A stretch of 64,000 nt of DNA from a virus (Duplodnaviria; Caudoviricetes): positions 472,054 to 536,053 of the IMG/VR virus record IMGVR_UViG_3300009031_000221. The stretch is one strand, 5' to 3'. The position numbers and the translations under genes were made by a program. How positions within the stretch are numbered: the first letter of the stretch is position 1; each line of letters begins with the position of its first letter. Shown here piece after piece: positions 1 through 9,655 of this stretch. The notes under the pieces were generated by a model, which made no database searches, was not told the origin of the DNA, and saw only the letters and a list, made by a program, of their open reading frames with translations.

Positions 1-5
1 TTAAC

Positions 6-245
6 ATGAAACCAGTAGCATGTACAGGCGTAAACATCTACAACGGCGGAGTCACCTTTCAAGTCCTCGATGAGGGTGAGTTTGGCCCGTCTTTGGAAAT
101 CACTTCTAGTTCCTTCGGGAACATGAACCACACATTCCAAATCTACTTGACACCGGACTCCCTTCATGACTTGGCAGAGGTATTCAAGAAGGCTGCGGAA
201 CACAAGTTTACGGGACAGTATGTCCATGCCGCCAAATGCGATTGA
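6..245 (+). CDS. hypothetical protein
   Basis: 79-aa ORF, first of a tightly spaced plus-strand cluster; upstream context cut by window edge. Confidence 0.6.
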   Translation: MKPVACTGVNIYNGGVTFQVLDEGEFGPSLEITSSSFGNMNHTFQIYLTPDSLHDLAEVFKKAAEHKFTGQYVHAAKCD

Positions 246-251
246 AAGGAA

Positions 252-878
252 ATGATGCGAAAGCCAAATAACAAGGAACTGAAAGATATCAAACGCTACG
301 CTTATGGCAGGCTTTGTTGGTGGAGCGAGGATATCGCCAAGGCCAAAGCTATCGTTGTAGCGCGGATCAAGGAAGACCGTGCCAATCCCGACAAACGGGA
401 TCCTGAGGTATTGAAGAAAGACCTTCGCAAGGCAGGACGCATTATAGCAAAACGCTATCGGGAAGATGCCCAAACTATTCGTGCTATCTGGAGAAATCCA
501 AGCAATTACCGGAATATCCTAAAGCAGTGCATTATTGGCAGGTATATCAGTACTCCTGAGGGAAGGACAAAGCTTGCCGAATCTATGACACAGCCTCTTC
601 GTTGTGGCGGCAAGGACTACATCAACGGTGTAGGCTATACCAAGTACGGCGGAAAGATGTTGACGGATGCGGAGTGCGAGATTCTACGGAAACGCAACAA
701 TGGGTCGGTAGTAGATTTGGGACATAGCTACCACTGCCCTGAATGCTATGACCCCAGGACGCATCAAATTATTCCTGGATGTGTTCATTGTGCGGGCACG
801 GGCGATTCCGAATGGTATCGTAACCTCCTACGTACGCATGTCCCTAACAAGGGTACATGGAAACCCTCGGAGGCATAG
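252..878 (+). CDS. hypothetical protein with capsid-N-arm-like motif and CxxC Zn ribbon
   Basis: AAGGA RBS; IIGRYISTPEGRTKLAESMTQPLR segment; CPEC...CVHCAGTG. Confidence 0.7.
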   Translation: MMRKPNNKELKDIKRYAYGRLCWWSEDIAKAKAIVVARIKEDRANPDKRDPEVLKKDLRKAGRIIAKRYREDAQTIRAIWRNPSNYRNILKQCIIGRYISTPEGRTKLAESMTQPLRCGGKDYINGVGYTKYGGKMLTDAECEILRKRNNGSVVDLGHSYHCPECYDPRTHQIIPGCVHCAGTGDSEWYRNLLRTHVPNKGTWKPSEA

Positions 879-881
879 CAC

Positions 882-1274
882 ATGAACCTCGATGACGCGA
901 TTCTACATGCCCGGCATCAATCCTGCCAAGGTGGGGAATGCGGAGCGGAACATGACCAGTTAGCTATGTGGCTCGAGGAACTCCGTAACCTACGGGCAGA
1001 GCAAGCACGTCGTCATGGGGAATCGAAGGAAGCAGTCCTTGAGGTTCTGGAGAACGCGGAAGCTTGGACAGCGGATGGATTCGAGGATGCCTTGGTAGGG
1101 TATGCGGACGTGGCGCAACGAACCATTGCGGTCTATGACTACGAATCGTGTGTCGAGATTCTGATGTCCCGGGATGGAATGACCCGCGAAGGGGCTGAGG
1201 AATTCATTGAATTCAACGTTATTGGGGCGGATGTCGGGAAAGGAACTCCAGCATTTGCAACCCTCATCAAATAA
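882..1274 (+). CDS. conserved phage hypothetical protein
   Basis: HDQLAMWLEEL and ADGFEDALVG...AVYDY...EFIEFNV motifs typical of phage hypotheticals. Confidence 0.7.
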   Translation: MNLDDAILHARHQSCQGGECGAEHDQLAMWLEELRNLRAEQARRHGESKEAVLEVLENAEAWTADGFEDALVGYADVAQRTIAVYDYESCVEILMSRDGMTREGAEEFIEFNVIGADVGKGTPAFATLIK

Positions 1275-1284
1275 GGAAACGAAC

Positions 1285-1626
1285 ATGGCTATTCTAGGTG
1301 TAGCGGGAAACAACCCCAATGGAAACGTGGTGATTCTGTCTGCGGATGACGCGGATGATGCGACCACGGCACAAATGTTGGAACAGGCAAAGTTGGCCTT
1401 CATTGATACTGCCAAGTATATCATCGTCGCGAATGTGGATATCTATACGAATACCCTGGATCTCAAGTACCTTGAAGGAAAGGTGCTATTCCTCCATGGG
1501 GAGGATATGAGCATGGACCAAGTCGATACCCTTCAAGGTCTTGTATCAGATGCTGTTGGGGATACCGATGTTGGCGTAATCATCACGAACTTTGAGATCA
1601 ATACGCGGGTGGTTGAATGTCGGTAA
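1285..1626 (+). CDS. hypothetical protein
   Basis: AAGGA RBS before ATG 1285 (MAILGV); stop overlaps next start. Confidence 0.6.
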   Translation: MAILGVAGNNPNGNVVILSADDADDATTAQMLEQAKLAFIDTAKYIIVANVDIYTNTLDLKYLEGKVLFLHGEDMSMDQVDTLQGLVSDAVGDTDVGVIITNFEINTRVVECR

Positions 1627-1940
1627 ACAAGTACACCATGCTCGTGGAGAAGCTCGCTACGGATGGCAAAGGCCAGATGACGTGCTTCGGCCAATCCATG
1701 ATGCCTATCCTCAAGTCCGGTGGAACCGTCACCTTTGAGAAGCGGGACTCCTATGCGGTAGGGGACATGGTATTCGCGAAGGTCAGGGGACGCTACATAG
1801 ATTGTCATTTGATTACAAAGGTTGGTTCGGATGGCAGGTTCATGATTGCCAATAACCATGGATGGGAAAACGGTTGGACGGACACCATTTACGGCAAGGC
1901 AGTTTCTGTGACCTACAAAGGCGAAACCAAGGAGTTGTAA
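1617..1940 (+). CDS. S24/S26 family peptidase-like protein
   Basis: GQSMMPILKSG catalytic-Ser motif, GDMVF, H-x-I-x-K segment. Confidence 0.7.
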   Translation: MSVNKYTMLVEKLATDGKGQMTCFGQSMMPILKSGGTVTFEKRDSYAVGDMVFAKVRGRYIDCHLITKVGSDGRFMIANNHGWENGWTDTIYGKAVSVTYKGETKEL

Positions 1941-1942
1941 CC

Positions 1943-2725
1943 ATGTGTGGAGCTACGTCAGACCTAATCATTTACGAAGGGCGGGCATATTCAGGTATGA
2001 TCCGTGACATGGTTCCACGTCATTCTACGGTGCCGGATTACGAAAACATGAACTGTTTCGGGTCTAGCCACATCTTGATATTTCAGGCAGGGTTAGGCGA
2101 ACCAATTGTAGCCCCATGGTTACTCATTCGTACCCCCACGAAAGAAAATGGCCCTGTCATAGATGAAATGCAGCCTGAGCCAATCCCCAAGTCTATTGAC
2201 GGGGTTGTATTGTCGGGCGTGTTTCGCCACATTGATTCATTCGGGTGCGGTTATCGCCTTGACACAACGTACCAGTATTTGTTTCAAGACGTCATACTGT
2301 TCCTCTATGACAACATAGAGTGCACTGAGCATGAACTAGTGATACGGAATTCCAAAGTCGTAGAACTCCGTAGCCTGGGTCCTGTCGCATATGAACGAGA
2401 TCCGCCTGAAAAGTTGAAAAAAAGGTACAACATCATCGCCCGTATGATGCGTGAACCAAATTGGCGCAACCGCATTTGGCGCACATTCACTGGATCCGAC
2501 GCACTTCGCCTAAGGATGAATTACAGAGGACTGTGGGAAGGCGAATACGAGTTCTTGTCTGAGGATGAGTTTTGGCAAGTCATTGAAAGGCATGCCAGCA
2601 GTTCCGGGCGCCTTAGTCTAGCTAGTGCTGTAATCGATGTGTCCGACACCCCCGTAAGAGGCCTCCATCAATTCCCGCATCCGTTTGTACGTCGAACCAA
2701 AGACATAGTTCAGTTCATACATTGA
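1943..2725 (+). CDS. hypothetical protein
   Basis: GGAG RBS before ATG 1943; operon continuity. Confidence 0.55.
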   Translation: MCGATSDLIIYEGRAYSGMIRDMVPRHSTVPDYENMNCFGSSHILIFQAGLGEPIVAPWLLIRTPTKENGPVIDEMQPEPIPKSIDGVVLSGVFRHIDSFGCGYRLDTTYQYLFQDVILFLYDNIECTEHELVIRNSKVVELRSLGPVAYERDPPEKLKKRYNIIARMMREPNWRNRIWRTFTGSDALRLRMNYRGLWEGEYEFLSEDEFWQVIERHASSSGRLSLASAVIDVSDTPVRGLHQFPHPFVRRTKDIVQFIH

Positions 2726-2735
2726 GAGAAACGAA

Positions 2736-3644
2736 ATGAAAACCAAAGTCCTGTTTGACATGGAAACGGGTGACCCGGATGACGTACTCACCCTGGCCTT
2801 GTTGGCTACGCATCCGAAGGCGGATCTACTTGGCGTGACCATCACTCCGGGTACTCCTGACCAAGTAGGCATCGTTCGTCATGTTCTAGATGCCGTGGGT
2901 CGTGGGGATCTTCCTGTGGGTGCATTCAACCTGGATCATGGGAAATCTTGCGTATCCGAATGGCACTACAAGACGTTCGGCAAAGTCCCACCAAGTAGGA
3001 ACGCCCTCAAGGGCTGGGAAACCCTTTGTGACTTGTGGGACGAAGACGTGACTTTGATCACGGGCGGACCCTTGAAGAACGTTGGGGCATTACTTCACCA
3101 ATTTCAGGCTGCCTGGAACAACGGTATCAAGAATCACCTTTGGCGTTTCGATGTAGGGAACATTGTCGTCCAAGGCGGGTTTGCCGGGGATGGGGTTGTG
3201 CCTTTTGAAATGCAATTGCCCAAGTTCCACGGACGAACCACGTGCCCAACGTACAACTTGAATGGCGATCCCACGTCTGCCAAATCCGTTCTGGCATTTG
3301 AGGAACTACGGGGCAAGCGGCACTTCGTGTCCAAGAACGTTTGTCATGGTGTTGTCTACGACCGGGAGATGCACGATATCGTATGTGCCGTCCCATGTCC
3401 CCATCCAGGCCTCGCCCTCATCAAACGGTCCATGGATGCCTACGTTGCCGGGGACGGCGCTAAGGCCTTGCATGACCCCTTGGCTGCCATGTGTGCCCTA
3501 TACCCTGAGATTGGGGTATGGGCAGAAGTAGAGATCTATCGGGAACGTGGAGAGTGGGGATCCAAGCTATCCCCCGGATCAGGAACATGGATCCTGATTG
3601 GATATGACAGGAAGCGCTTCTTGGAAGCCTTCTGCGAGGTCTAA
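2736..3644 (+). CDS. inosine/uridine-preferring nucleoside hydrolase
   Basis: N-terminal DMETGDPDD Asp-rich motif, TYN, C-terminal LHDPLAA. Confidence 0.85.
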   Translation: MKTKVLFDMETGDPDDVLTLALLATHPKADLLGVTITPGTPDQVGIVRHVLDAVGRGDLPVGAFNLDHGKSCVSEWHYKTFGKVPPSRNALKGWETLCDLWDEDVTLITGGPLKNVGALLHQFQAAWNNGIKNHLWRFDVGNIVVQGGFAGDGVVPFEMQLPKFHGRTTCPTYNLNGDPTSAKSVLAFEELRGKRHFVSKNVCHGVVYDREMHDIVCAVPCPHPGLALIKRSMDAYVAGDGAKALHDPLAAMCALYPEIGVWAEVEIYRERGEWGSKLSPGSGTWILIGYDRKRFLEAFCEV

Positions 3645-3647
3645 TCC

Positions 3648-3836
3648 CTACATGTCAATGATGAACACGCCGCGTTCGGAATCGACGTCATCGTCGGATT
3701 GAGCGCTGGTAGGCCTATCGGTAAATCCTGGGGGCATTGATTCAGGCATCGGCAACCGAAGCATGGGTTGCACAGGTTTTACGGGTTGACGGATCTGCTC
3801 TTGACGCAACTGTTCAAGTTCTTCAAGCCATCCCAT
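3648..3836 (-). CDS. hypothetical protein
   Basis: GGAGG RBS; last gene of minus-strand operon. Confidence 0.55.
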   Translation of the reverse strand: MGWLEELEQLRQEQIRQPVKPVQPMLRLPMPESMPPGFTDRPTSAQSDDDVDSERGVFIIDM

Positions 3837-3838
3837 GG

Positions 3839-4168
3839 TTACACCTCTTCCAAATCCTTGTAGAACTTTGCCAGTTTGTCGGCCTCGAATCCCAAGCTCA
3901 GGTAGATGTCCCGTTCCATTCGCCGCACGTTGCGGTTCTCCTCCTCCGTTTCACTATAACCCCCGCGACGAAAGATGTCGAGGAGGGCGGAGTAGAACTC
4001 GAGTTCCAGGTCGGACTCGGGCTTGAACCCCTCCAGGGCACCCTTCAAGCAACGCATCATCAGGTAGCTCATGTGCGGAGTCGGGTTGAGCACAACTCCA
4101 TCCAGGGATGGGGGAGCCAAAAAACACGAAGCGTTCAACAGAGATTCCAAGTCCTTGCGGATATCCAT
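3839..4168 (-). CDS. hypothetical protein
   Basis: ATG 4168 coupled to upstream stop (TAATG). Confidence 0.6.
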   Translation of the reverse strand: MDIRKDLESLLNASCFLAPPSLDGVVLNPTPHMSYLMMRCLKGALEGFKPESDLELEFYSALLDIFRRGGYSETEEENRNVRRMERDIYLSLGFEADKLAKFYKDLEEV

Positions 4169-4575
4169 TAGCCAGCCCTCCCCGCGATGCCCGTGATCTG
4201 ATCGCCGCCACCGCCACCATGGGTCGGGCTGCTTCCTGGGCCATACCAACGATCATGGGGATTGCTGCTGAACGTGCGGACATCGCGCTGTGGCGTGACA
4301 CCCTTCAGGTTCAACCCGTAGCCTTCCAGCATGATGCGAAGGGTCGTGTTGTAGATGCCCGTGTACAGGTGCAACTTGACCAGTTCCGAGGTCGTGAACG
4401 TGTCCCGGTCGCTATCCATCATGAACTGGACGAAGTCTTCCACGGATGCGAATTCCGGTTCCTCCTCCAGTTCCGGGGGAAGCTCCGGGTTCTCCATGTG
4501 GCGGAAGTCCGCATCACCCTTGCCGAAGCGGGGTTCGGGCTTCTCTTTCTCAGGGACGTAGGAAGTGCGTGCCAT
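4168..4575 (-). CDS. hypothetical acidic protein
   Basis: AAGGA RBS, directly downstream of promoter motif at 4614. Confidence 0.65.
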   Translation of the reverse strand: MARTSYVPEKEKPEPRFGKGDADFRHMENPELPPELEEEPEFASVEDFVQFMMDSDRDTFTTSELVKLHLYTGIYNTTLRIMLEGYGLNLKGVTPQRDVRTFSSNPHDRWYGPGSSPTHGGGGGDQITGIAGRAG

Positions 4576-4613
4576 GTTCGGTTCCTTCAGGCGTCGTTCG
4601 CGCCCTATGTAGG

Positions 4614-4642
4614 ATCTACGCTGGCAGGAGCGAAAGTAAGCC
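4614..4642 (-). promoter_or_regulatory. conserved phage promoter motif copy
   Basis: GGCTTACTTTC-N10-GCGTAGAT. Confidence 0.8.
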
Positions 4643-4842
4643 TAAAGCATGCCCATCATTATCAACGTGCCCCCGAAACATCCGGCGCTGCCGACCAACA
4701 GGATGGCTTTGTAGAACCACGGGACACCTGACCAATTGTCCCCATCATTGACGCTGATGACGTAGAGAAGGGTTCCCGCGGATGGCAGTCCGAAGACAAG
4801 GATAAGCATAAGTCCTTGGATGATGTTCGTAGGGATGTTCAT
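4642..4842 (-). CDS. small two-TM membrane protein
   Basis: two hydrophobic segments; ATGA overlap with upstream gene. Confidence 0.6.
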   Translation of the reverse strand: MNIPTNIIQGLMLILVFGLPSAGTLLYVISVNDGDNWSGVPWFYKAILLVGSAGCFGGTLIMMGML

Positions 4843-5291
4843 GCCTTGTCACCTTGGGCATCCCACCCATAATTGTCCTGCTTCTTCGCAGCCTTGCGGG
4901 ACAATTCCTGGGGCAGGGGCTTGGTGCAAACGAACTGCAACACCGGCCAATGGTTGAGTTCCTCGAACACCGTCCAACCCTGCTCCTCGGCGAAGATCTT
5001 GGCAACACGTGTTGCCTCCGCACCGAAGTAGGCATACGAATGGGATCCGAAGCCTTGCAGTGGCAGGGTCATGTTGTAGGCGTCTTCCACTGCCTGGTAA
5101 TCGACGGTGACCACGAAGGTGTAATCGTAGGTATTTTCCTGAACCTTGAGCTTGCCGCCCCTGACCGTCATTTCCATGGGACGGCTACTGTAGCCACAGG
5201 TGCTACTGCCATGGATGGTGATGGGGTACGTCTTTTCAGCAATGGTGCCGTTGGCCTGTTCAATGCCGTTACGATACATTCCGAGGTTCAT
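4839..5291 (-). CDS. hypothetical protein
   Basis: GGAG RBS before MNLGMY. Confidence 0.6.
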   Translation of the reverse strand: MNLGMYRNGIEQANGTIAEKTYPITIHGSSTCGYSSRPMEMTVRGGKLKVQENTYDYTFVVTVDYQAVEDAYNMTLPLQGFGSHSYAYFGAEATRVAKIFAEEQGWTVFEELNHWPVLQFVCTKPLPQELSRKAAKKQDNYGWDAQGDKA

Positions 5292-5314
5292 TGTGCATTC
5301 TCCAAGTTCAGATG

Positions 5315-5722
5315 TTAGGGTTCCCAACCCTCGAGGGTGCAACCGCCATCCATCGGGTTCGATTCCGGGTTGATGACCCGATCCCCGACGATGAAACGGC
5401 CGCGGGAAATCGGCTCCGCATCCAAGATGGTCGTGCGGTACTTGCCGTTCTTGGCGTACTGCGAAGACAAACGCTTGTTCGCATGGAACTCACGCTCCGC
5501 ACCGTAGGCCAAATCAAGCGTCGAGTACGGGCCAACGATGTGGTTCTCGTCCTGGCAACACGTGCATCCCGTACGGCATTCCACGAAGAAGAGTTCCTGC
5601 GTGACAGGCGCCTCTTCATATTCTCGCCCAGTGCAGGGCGGGGCATCGTCAGTAGTCCCGCCTGCCATGTCCGTACAATAGCCACAACGAGTGCAAGTTC
5701 CAAATGTCCAATCGTGCTGCAT
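5315..5722 (-). CDS. Cys-rich hypothetical protein
   Basis: CTRCGYC, CRTGCTCC; downstream of promoter 5763. Confidence 0.6.
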   Translation of the reverse strand: MQHDWTFGTCTRCGYCTDMAGGTTDDAPPCTGREYEEAPVTQELFFVECRTGCTCCQDENHIVGPYSTLDLAYGAEREFHANKRLSSQYAKNGKYRTTILDAEPISRGRFIVGDRVINPESNPMDGGCTLEGWEP

Positions 5723-5762
5723 CGTTCGTTCGTTCCTTGAAGGACTTCATGCCCTACCATCT

Positions 5763-5791
5763 ATCTACGCTACTAGAAGGGAAAGTAAGTC
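5763..5791 (-). promoter_or_regulatory. conserved phage promoter motif copy (divergent pair, left)
   Basis: GACTTACTTTC-N10-GCGTAGAT. Confidence 0.8.
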
Positions 5792-5802
5792 ATGACCCGT
5801 TG

Positions 5803-5831
5803 GACTTACTTTCTTGGGGAGGAGCGTAGAC
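5803..5831 (+). promoter_or_regulatory. conserved phage promoter motif copy (divergent pair, right)
   Basis: GACTTACTTTC-N10-GCGTAGAC. Confidence 0.8.
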
Positions 5832-5869
5832 AGGCTACCCGGGCGTCAATGCCCTGCTAGGAGGCACAC

Positions 5870-6307
5870 ATGGATCTCAATCAAGCGTCGGAACAGGAAC
5901 TTCAAGAGGAACTCCGGAAACGGATGACCCAGCGTGTGGCAACGGCTCTTCAAGACGTAGAAGCCCAGATGCAGGCCACCATCCTGAAGGAGCGCCTCCG
6001 CCTTGGCGATGACGAAGAAGTCCTTGTGTCGCTGCATTCCCTGCCCGTGGGCAGCCTCTTCGTGACCCGGGAACGCTACACCCCGGAGACGACCTATCAG
6101 CGGACCTACAAGGTTCAGAACTGTCCGACTCGCAATTCCGTGGGTATCCTGGATGTGACCAATGGCGACATTGGCATGGTTTGGACTCGTTCCGGAGGCG
6201 GCAAGTACATCAATTACCTGGTGGTCAATGGGCATCAACTCGTTCTGGCGGCAGGGGATGTCCCCCGGTGGCACGACAAGGTCATCCCTCTCCTGTACAA
6301 GGGCTAG
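5870..6307 (+). CDS. hypothetical protein
   Basis: AGGAGG RBS, downstream of promoter 5803. Confidence 0.7.
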   Translation: MDLNQASEQELQEELRKRMTQRVATALQDVEAQMQATILKERLRLGDDEEVLVSLHSLPVGSLFVTRERYTPETTYQRTYKVQNCPTRNSVGILDVTNGDIGMVWTRSGGGKYINYLVVNGHQLVLAAGDVPRWHDKVIPLLYKG

Positions 6308-6358
6308 GGGTACTGAAAGTTCTCCCAATAGGGTAGAACCAGTCCCGGAGGTTCATTA

Positions 6359-7213
6359 ATGGCAACTGCAGGCAGTATTCCCGAGAAACTCGTCGTTGTT
6401 CTGAAGAATTCTTGCAAACACAAATGGCAAGGAGGAGAATTCGTAGCTCCTGATGCCTATGTCACCGATGCAAAGTCCAAGACTGCATTGGAGACAGCAA
6501 GGAATTGGGCAGTCCGTACCTACGGATACCAAACAGCTCCGGATGCTAATACCACTTCCCCCGCCATCGTCGAAATCGACAATGAACCCTTCAACACCCT
6601 TCGCATTGTCGGAATGGAAGAGCGTGGGGAAGGCGGGCGTGCATGGAAGGTCATCACACCTCAAGGTTGGATCGTTGACCTTCGTGAAGACGTATTCATG
6701 GAGGCACTGTTTGGGCATCGCATCACCAATACTGCGGGGCTTGAAATCAAAGGGCCGTTCCGTTGGGTTGTCAATGGATCACAGATGCGACTTGCCCTGG
6801 TAGACTCCTCCTTGTACCGGGACATTGCCAAGCTCGACGCCATCAAGAAGTTGCCTCAGGCAGGCAAAATCCCGGCTGCATCCTTGGTAGTAGGTGGCCT
6901 CTATACTTCCCTTGGATGGAAGGATCGGCGTTACAACAGATCCCGATACAGCGTTTTCCTGGGCCATGTTCGGCACAAGGGCAAGAAGGCCTTCGCATGG
7001 TATGAATGCTATGCGTCACATCCCATCACAAACGCCGATATTATTTCAGTACAACAGGAAATCAATCGGTGGGCAACGGGGCATATTACCATCACAGGTG
7101 CCTTGTCATGTACCGAATTCGCAGGGACGATCATCGTCCCGCCTCAGAAGCCCGCGAAAATCTACAATGGTTACGGGGACACTGTAGACGTGGGGGACTT
7201 GGACTGGCTGTAA
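6359..7213 (+). CDS. hypothetical protein
   Basis: GGAGG RBS, 284 aa. Confidence 0.7.
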   Translation: MATAGSIPEKLVVVLKNSCKHKWQGGEFVAPDAYVTDAKSKTALETARNWAVRTYGYQTAPDANTTSPAIVEIDNEPFNTLRIVGMEERGEGGRAWKVITPQGWIVDLREDVFMEALFGHRITNTAGLEIKGPFRWVVNGSQMRLALVDSSLYRDIAKLDAIKKLPQAGKIPAASLVVGGLYTSLGWKDRRYNRSRYSVFLGHVRHKGKKAFAWYECYASHPITNADIISVQQEINRWATGHITITGALSCTEFAGTIIVPPQKPAKIYNGYGDTVDVGDLDWL

Positions 7214-7866
7214 CCAGCCTTGTATTCGTGGTTGTCCCACCAAGTCCGTAGGCGTGCCACATTCCGTTCCGCTTCCTTGACCACTTCCTCAGTCACCTGA
7301 TCCCTGCATCCTACTCCTCCCCCACAGCCCCCGTCACACCAAACAACATGCAGTGCCGCCAGTTGCTTGTTCCGATATTCTGCAACCTCTTGTGCAGTAC
7401 GGATTTGCTTTTGCAAGGAACGGATGTGCTTGGTCATCGTCGCAAGGATATCCTTTTCCCGTGGAGCCCAGGGATCGTACTGACGCATCCTGCGGATAGA
7501 ATCATCCACTTCCTTCCGCCGTTCCTCGGGAGTCTCGGCACGGTACAAGCGTAGCTGTGCCTCAAGCTCCTTGATCTTCTTGCGGGATGATAGAAGCGCT
7601 TCCGCCATGAACTCAATGACAATCTTGACACGTTGAATGTCATCCCGCTCCTCCCCCCAGAAGATTTCCTTCCAATAGAACTCCTTGGCGAGGTTGAATC
7701 GGGTCAATACCTCCAATGCCCCGTTCTGGTATTTATCCAGTGCGGTTTTGGCATCTTCCCACTGCCCCCGAAACTTCCGGTAATTCCAGTTCTCCGTTTC
7801 CACCGCCCGTTGAAGGCGTTCAATTTCCTTGTCCATTGGTTTTTCCTTTGTAGCGAACCAACTCAT
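7171..7866 (-). CDS. coiled-coil hypothetical protein
   Basis: ATGA overlap with upstream gene; heptad-rich. Confidence 0.65.
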   Translation of the reverse strand: MSWFATKEKPMDKEIERLQRAVETENWNYRKFRGQWEDAKTALDKYQNGALEVLTRFNLAKEFYWKEIFWGEERDDIQRVKIVIEFMAEALLSSRKKIKELEAQLRLYRAETPEERRKEVDDSIRRMRQYDPWAPREKDILATMTKHIRSLQKQIRTAQEVAEYRNKQLAALHVVWCDGGCGGGVGCRDQVTEEVVKEAERNVARLRTWWDNHEYKAGYSQSKSPTSTVSP

Positions 7867-8360
7867 AGCTTGACCTCATCGGGATACAGAGTCATCAGGT
7901 CGCGGAGCCGTTGCCGGTCATTCGCTTCATTCCGAATACGGGCCTCCTTGATAAGTTCTTCCTTCCGTGCATCATCCTCGGCCTTAATCTTGGCAGCCTC
8001 TTCATTCCGTTTTGCAACCACCACGGAGGCCTCGGCGAGTGCTACCTTGCCGCCATCAGCAAGTTCAGACAGGGAAATATACTTCTCATGTGTCCAACCC
8101 CCATCACCACGGTAAGCCGCATACTCGTGAAGATGGACCGTGACACCACCCCAATCTTCGATCTCGATGCTATCAATCTCAGGGCGCTTCATGAATATTG
8201 GGGTCTTTCCATCCCGGCTAATCCACCAGGGATCCAGGTCGTAATGTGCCCAGAAGTATTCCTCCGCAAGGCTACGGAGAATATTGGTGCAACGCATGAG
8301 GTTTTCAAGTTGTTTGGCCGAATAGGTCTTATTCGGGTCTCGATCCATCTCGTACATCAT
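7863..8360 (-). CDS. hypothetical protein, paralog of 8357..8929
   Basis: LAEEYFWAHY and RLRDLMTLYPD match the neighbouring gene. Confidence 0.7.
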   Translation of the reverse strand: MMYEMDRDPNKTYSAKQLENLMRCTNILRSLAEEYFWAHYDLDPWWISRDGKTPIFMKRPEIDSIEIEDWGGVTVHLHEYAAYRGDGGWTHEKYISLSELADGGKVALAEASVVVAKRNEEAAKIKAEDDARKEELIKEARIRNEANDRQRLRDLMTLYPDEVKL

Positions 8361-8929
8361 TTGGCAATGACCTCCGGGTATTTCTCCGCCAGTTCCTTCA
8401 ACCGCTTCTTGTCCGCCGCTACCTGCTGCCGACGTTCCTTCTCCTCGGCCTTGACCTTTGCCGCTGCTTCCGCTGCCTTCTTCGCCTCATGCGTGGCCTT
8501 CAAATCCGCCAAGATAGCGGTTTGATCCATCCACAGGTAGGACAACGGGAAAGTGTAGGTATGTGAATCATCCCCACAGCACCCACGCCCACAAGCACGA
8601 GCACGGGCATCAACCTCAATCATCGCCGGGATCTCCGTGATGGTGGTCAGTTTACCCGTCCAATTGCACTTGTCACAACCCGCACCGGACTTGTACTTGG
8701 GGTCGTCCCCGCTGAAACAAGGGCACGTTTCCGTAACCTTGTTCGTTCGGGCATCCAGGAAGGATACTTCAATCCAGGGGTCATGACGGAAACCGGTGAA
8801 CCAATCTCCGTCCTCATCCCACTCTGGTTCCGCCCTATAGCGTGCCCAGAAGTAATTCGCTGCCAACTGTGTCACGATCTCTCGACCGCGAAGCATATCC
8901 ACGACTTGTTCTTCGGTGTAAGTTTTCAT
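8357..8929 (-). CDS. hypothetical protein with Zn-ribbon insert, paralog of 7863..8360
   Basis: LAANYFWARY, CPC...CDKC, RLKELAEKYPE. Confidence 0.7.
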   Translation of the reverse strand: MKTYTEEQVVDMLRGREIVTQLAANYFWARYRAEPEWDEDGDWFTGFRHDPWIEVSFLDARTNKVTETCPCFSGDDPKYKSGAGCDKCNWTGKLTTITEIPAMIEVDARARACGRGCCGDDSHTYTFPLSYLWMDQTAILADLKATHEAKKAAEAAAKVKAEEKERRQQVAADKKRLKELAEKYPEVIAK

Positions 8930-8998
8930 GTTGTTTCAGCCCAGGGGGACGAGGACAGCAGGACGAGTATCGAACCCGCCCTGCTGTCCTCATTCCGA

Positions 8999-9655
8999 TC
9001 AGGCTGCCTCCTGCTTCGGGGCCTTGGCGGCATCCAAAGCAGCCTGAGCCGCTTCCAACTTGACGATAGCCTTATCCCGATTGGTTACGATGTACGCCAA
9101 ATCCAGTTCATAGCGGGTGGTAGCCATACCCTTGGACTTCGCATGTGCCATGTCCCGGGCAATGCGATCCATCTTGACAACCCACTCCTTGACCTGAACC
9201 TGGGCGGCGCCCACGGCAGTCATCTTGGAATGGAGCGCCTCAATGGTTGCCTTGTCCGTGACGATCTGGTCACGGGTGACGGCACCCACATCCAGCCACA
9301 TCTGAACGTGGCTCAACGTGTTGTACTTGGTCTCGGTTTCCTTGTATCCCGCCTTACCCTCACCCAGGTCATTCGGGATGAAGGAAGCGATCTTCGTAGC
9401 CAACCGCTCCTTCTCATACCGCAAGGATGAATCGTAGCCGTAGAACCCGGCACGCAAATACCGGGGATTGGACTCGATCTGAAGGTAGGTACGGCCACGC
9501 AAGAAGCAGTAGGCCAACAAACGGCAACGGCGATCATCCGAAGAGGTCTTGAAAGGCCCCTTCTTCGCATCTTCCGTGTCGGACTTGATGGAGTCCTTCA
9601 AATTGGCCAGAGCCGACTGGTACTGAGGATTAACGATGTAGGTCTTGGTATTCAT
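8999..9655 (-). CDS. conserved phage hypothetical protein
   Basis: RLLAYCFLRGRTYLQIE motif; start placed at MNTKTY. Confidence 0.65.
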   Translation of the reverse strand: MNTKTYIVNPQYQSALANLKDSIKSDTEDAKKGPFKTSSDDRRCRLLAYCFLRGRTYLQIESNPRYLRAGFYGYDSSLRYEKERLATKIASFIPNDLGEGKAGYKETETKYNTLSHVQMWLDVGAVTRDQIVTDKATIEALHSKMTAVGAAQVQVKEWVVKMDRIARDMAHAKSKGMATTRYELDLAYIVTNRDKAIVKLEAAQAALDAAKAPKQEAA

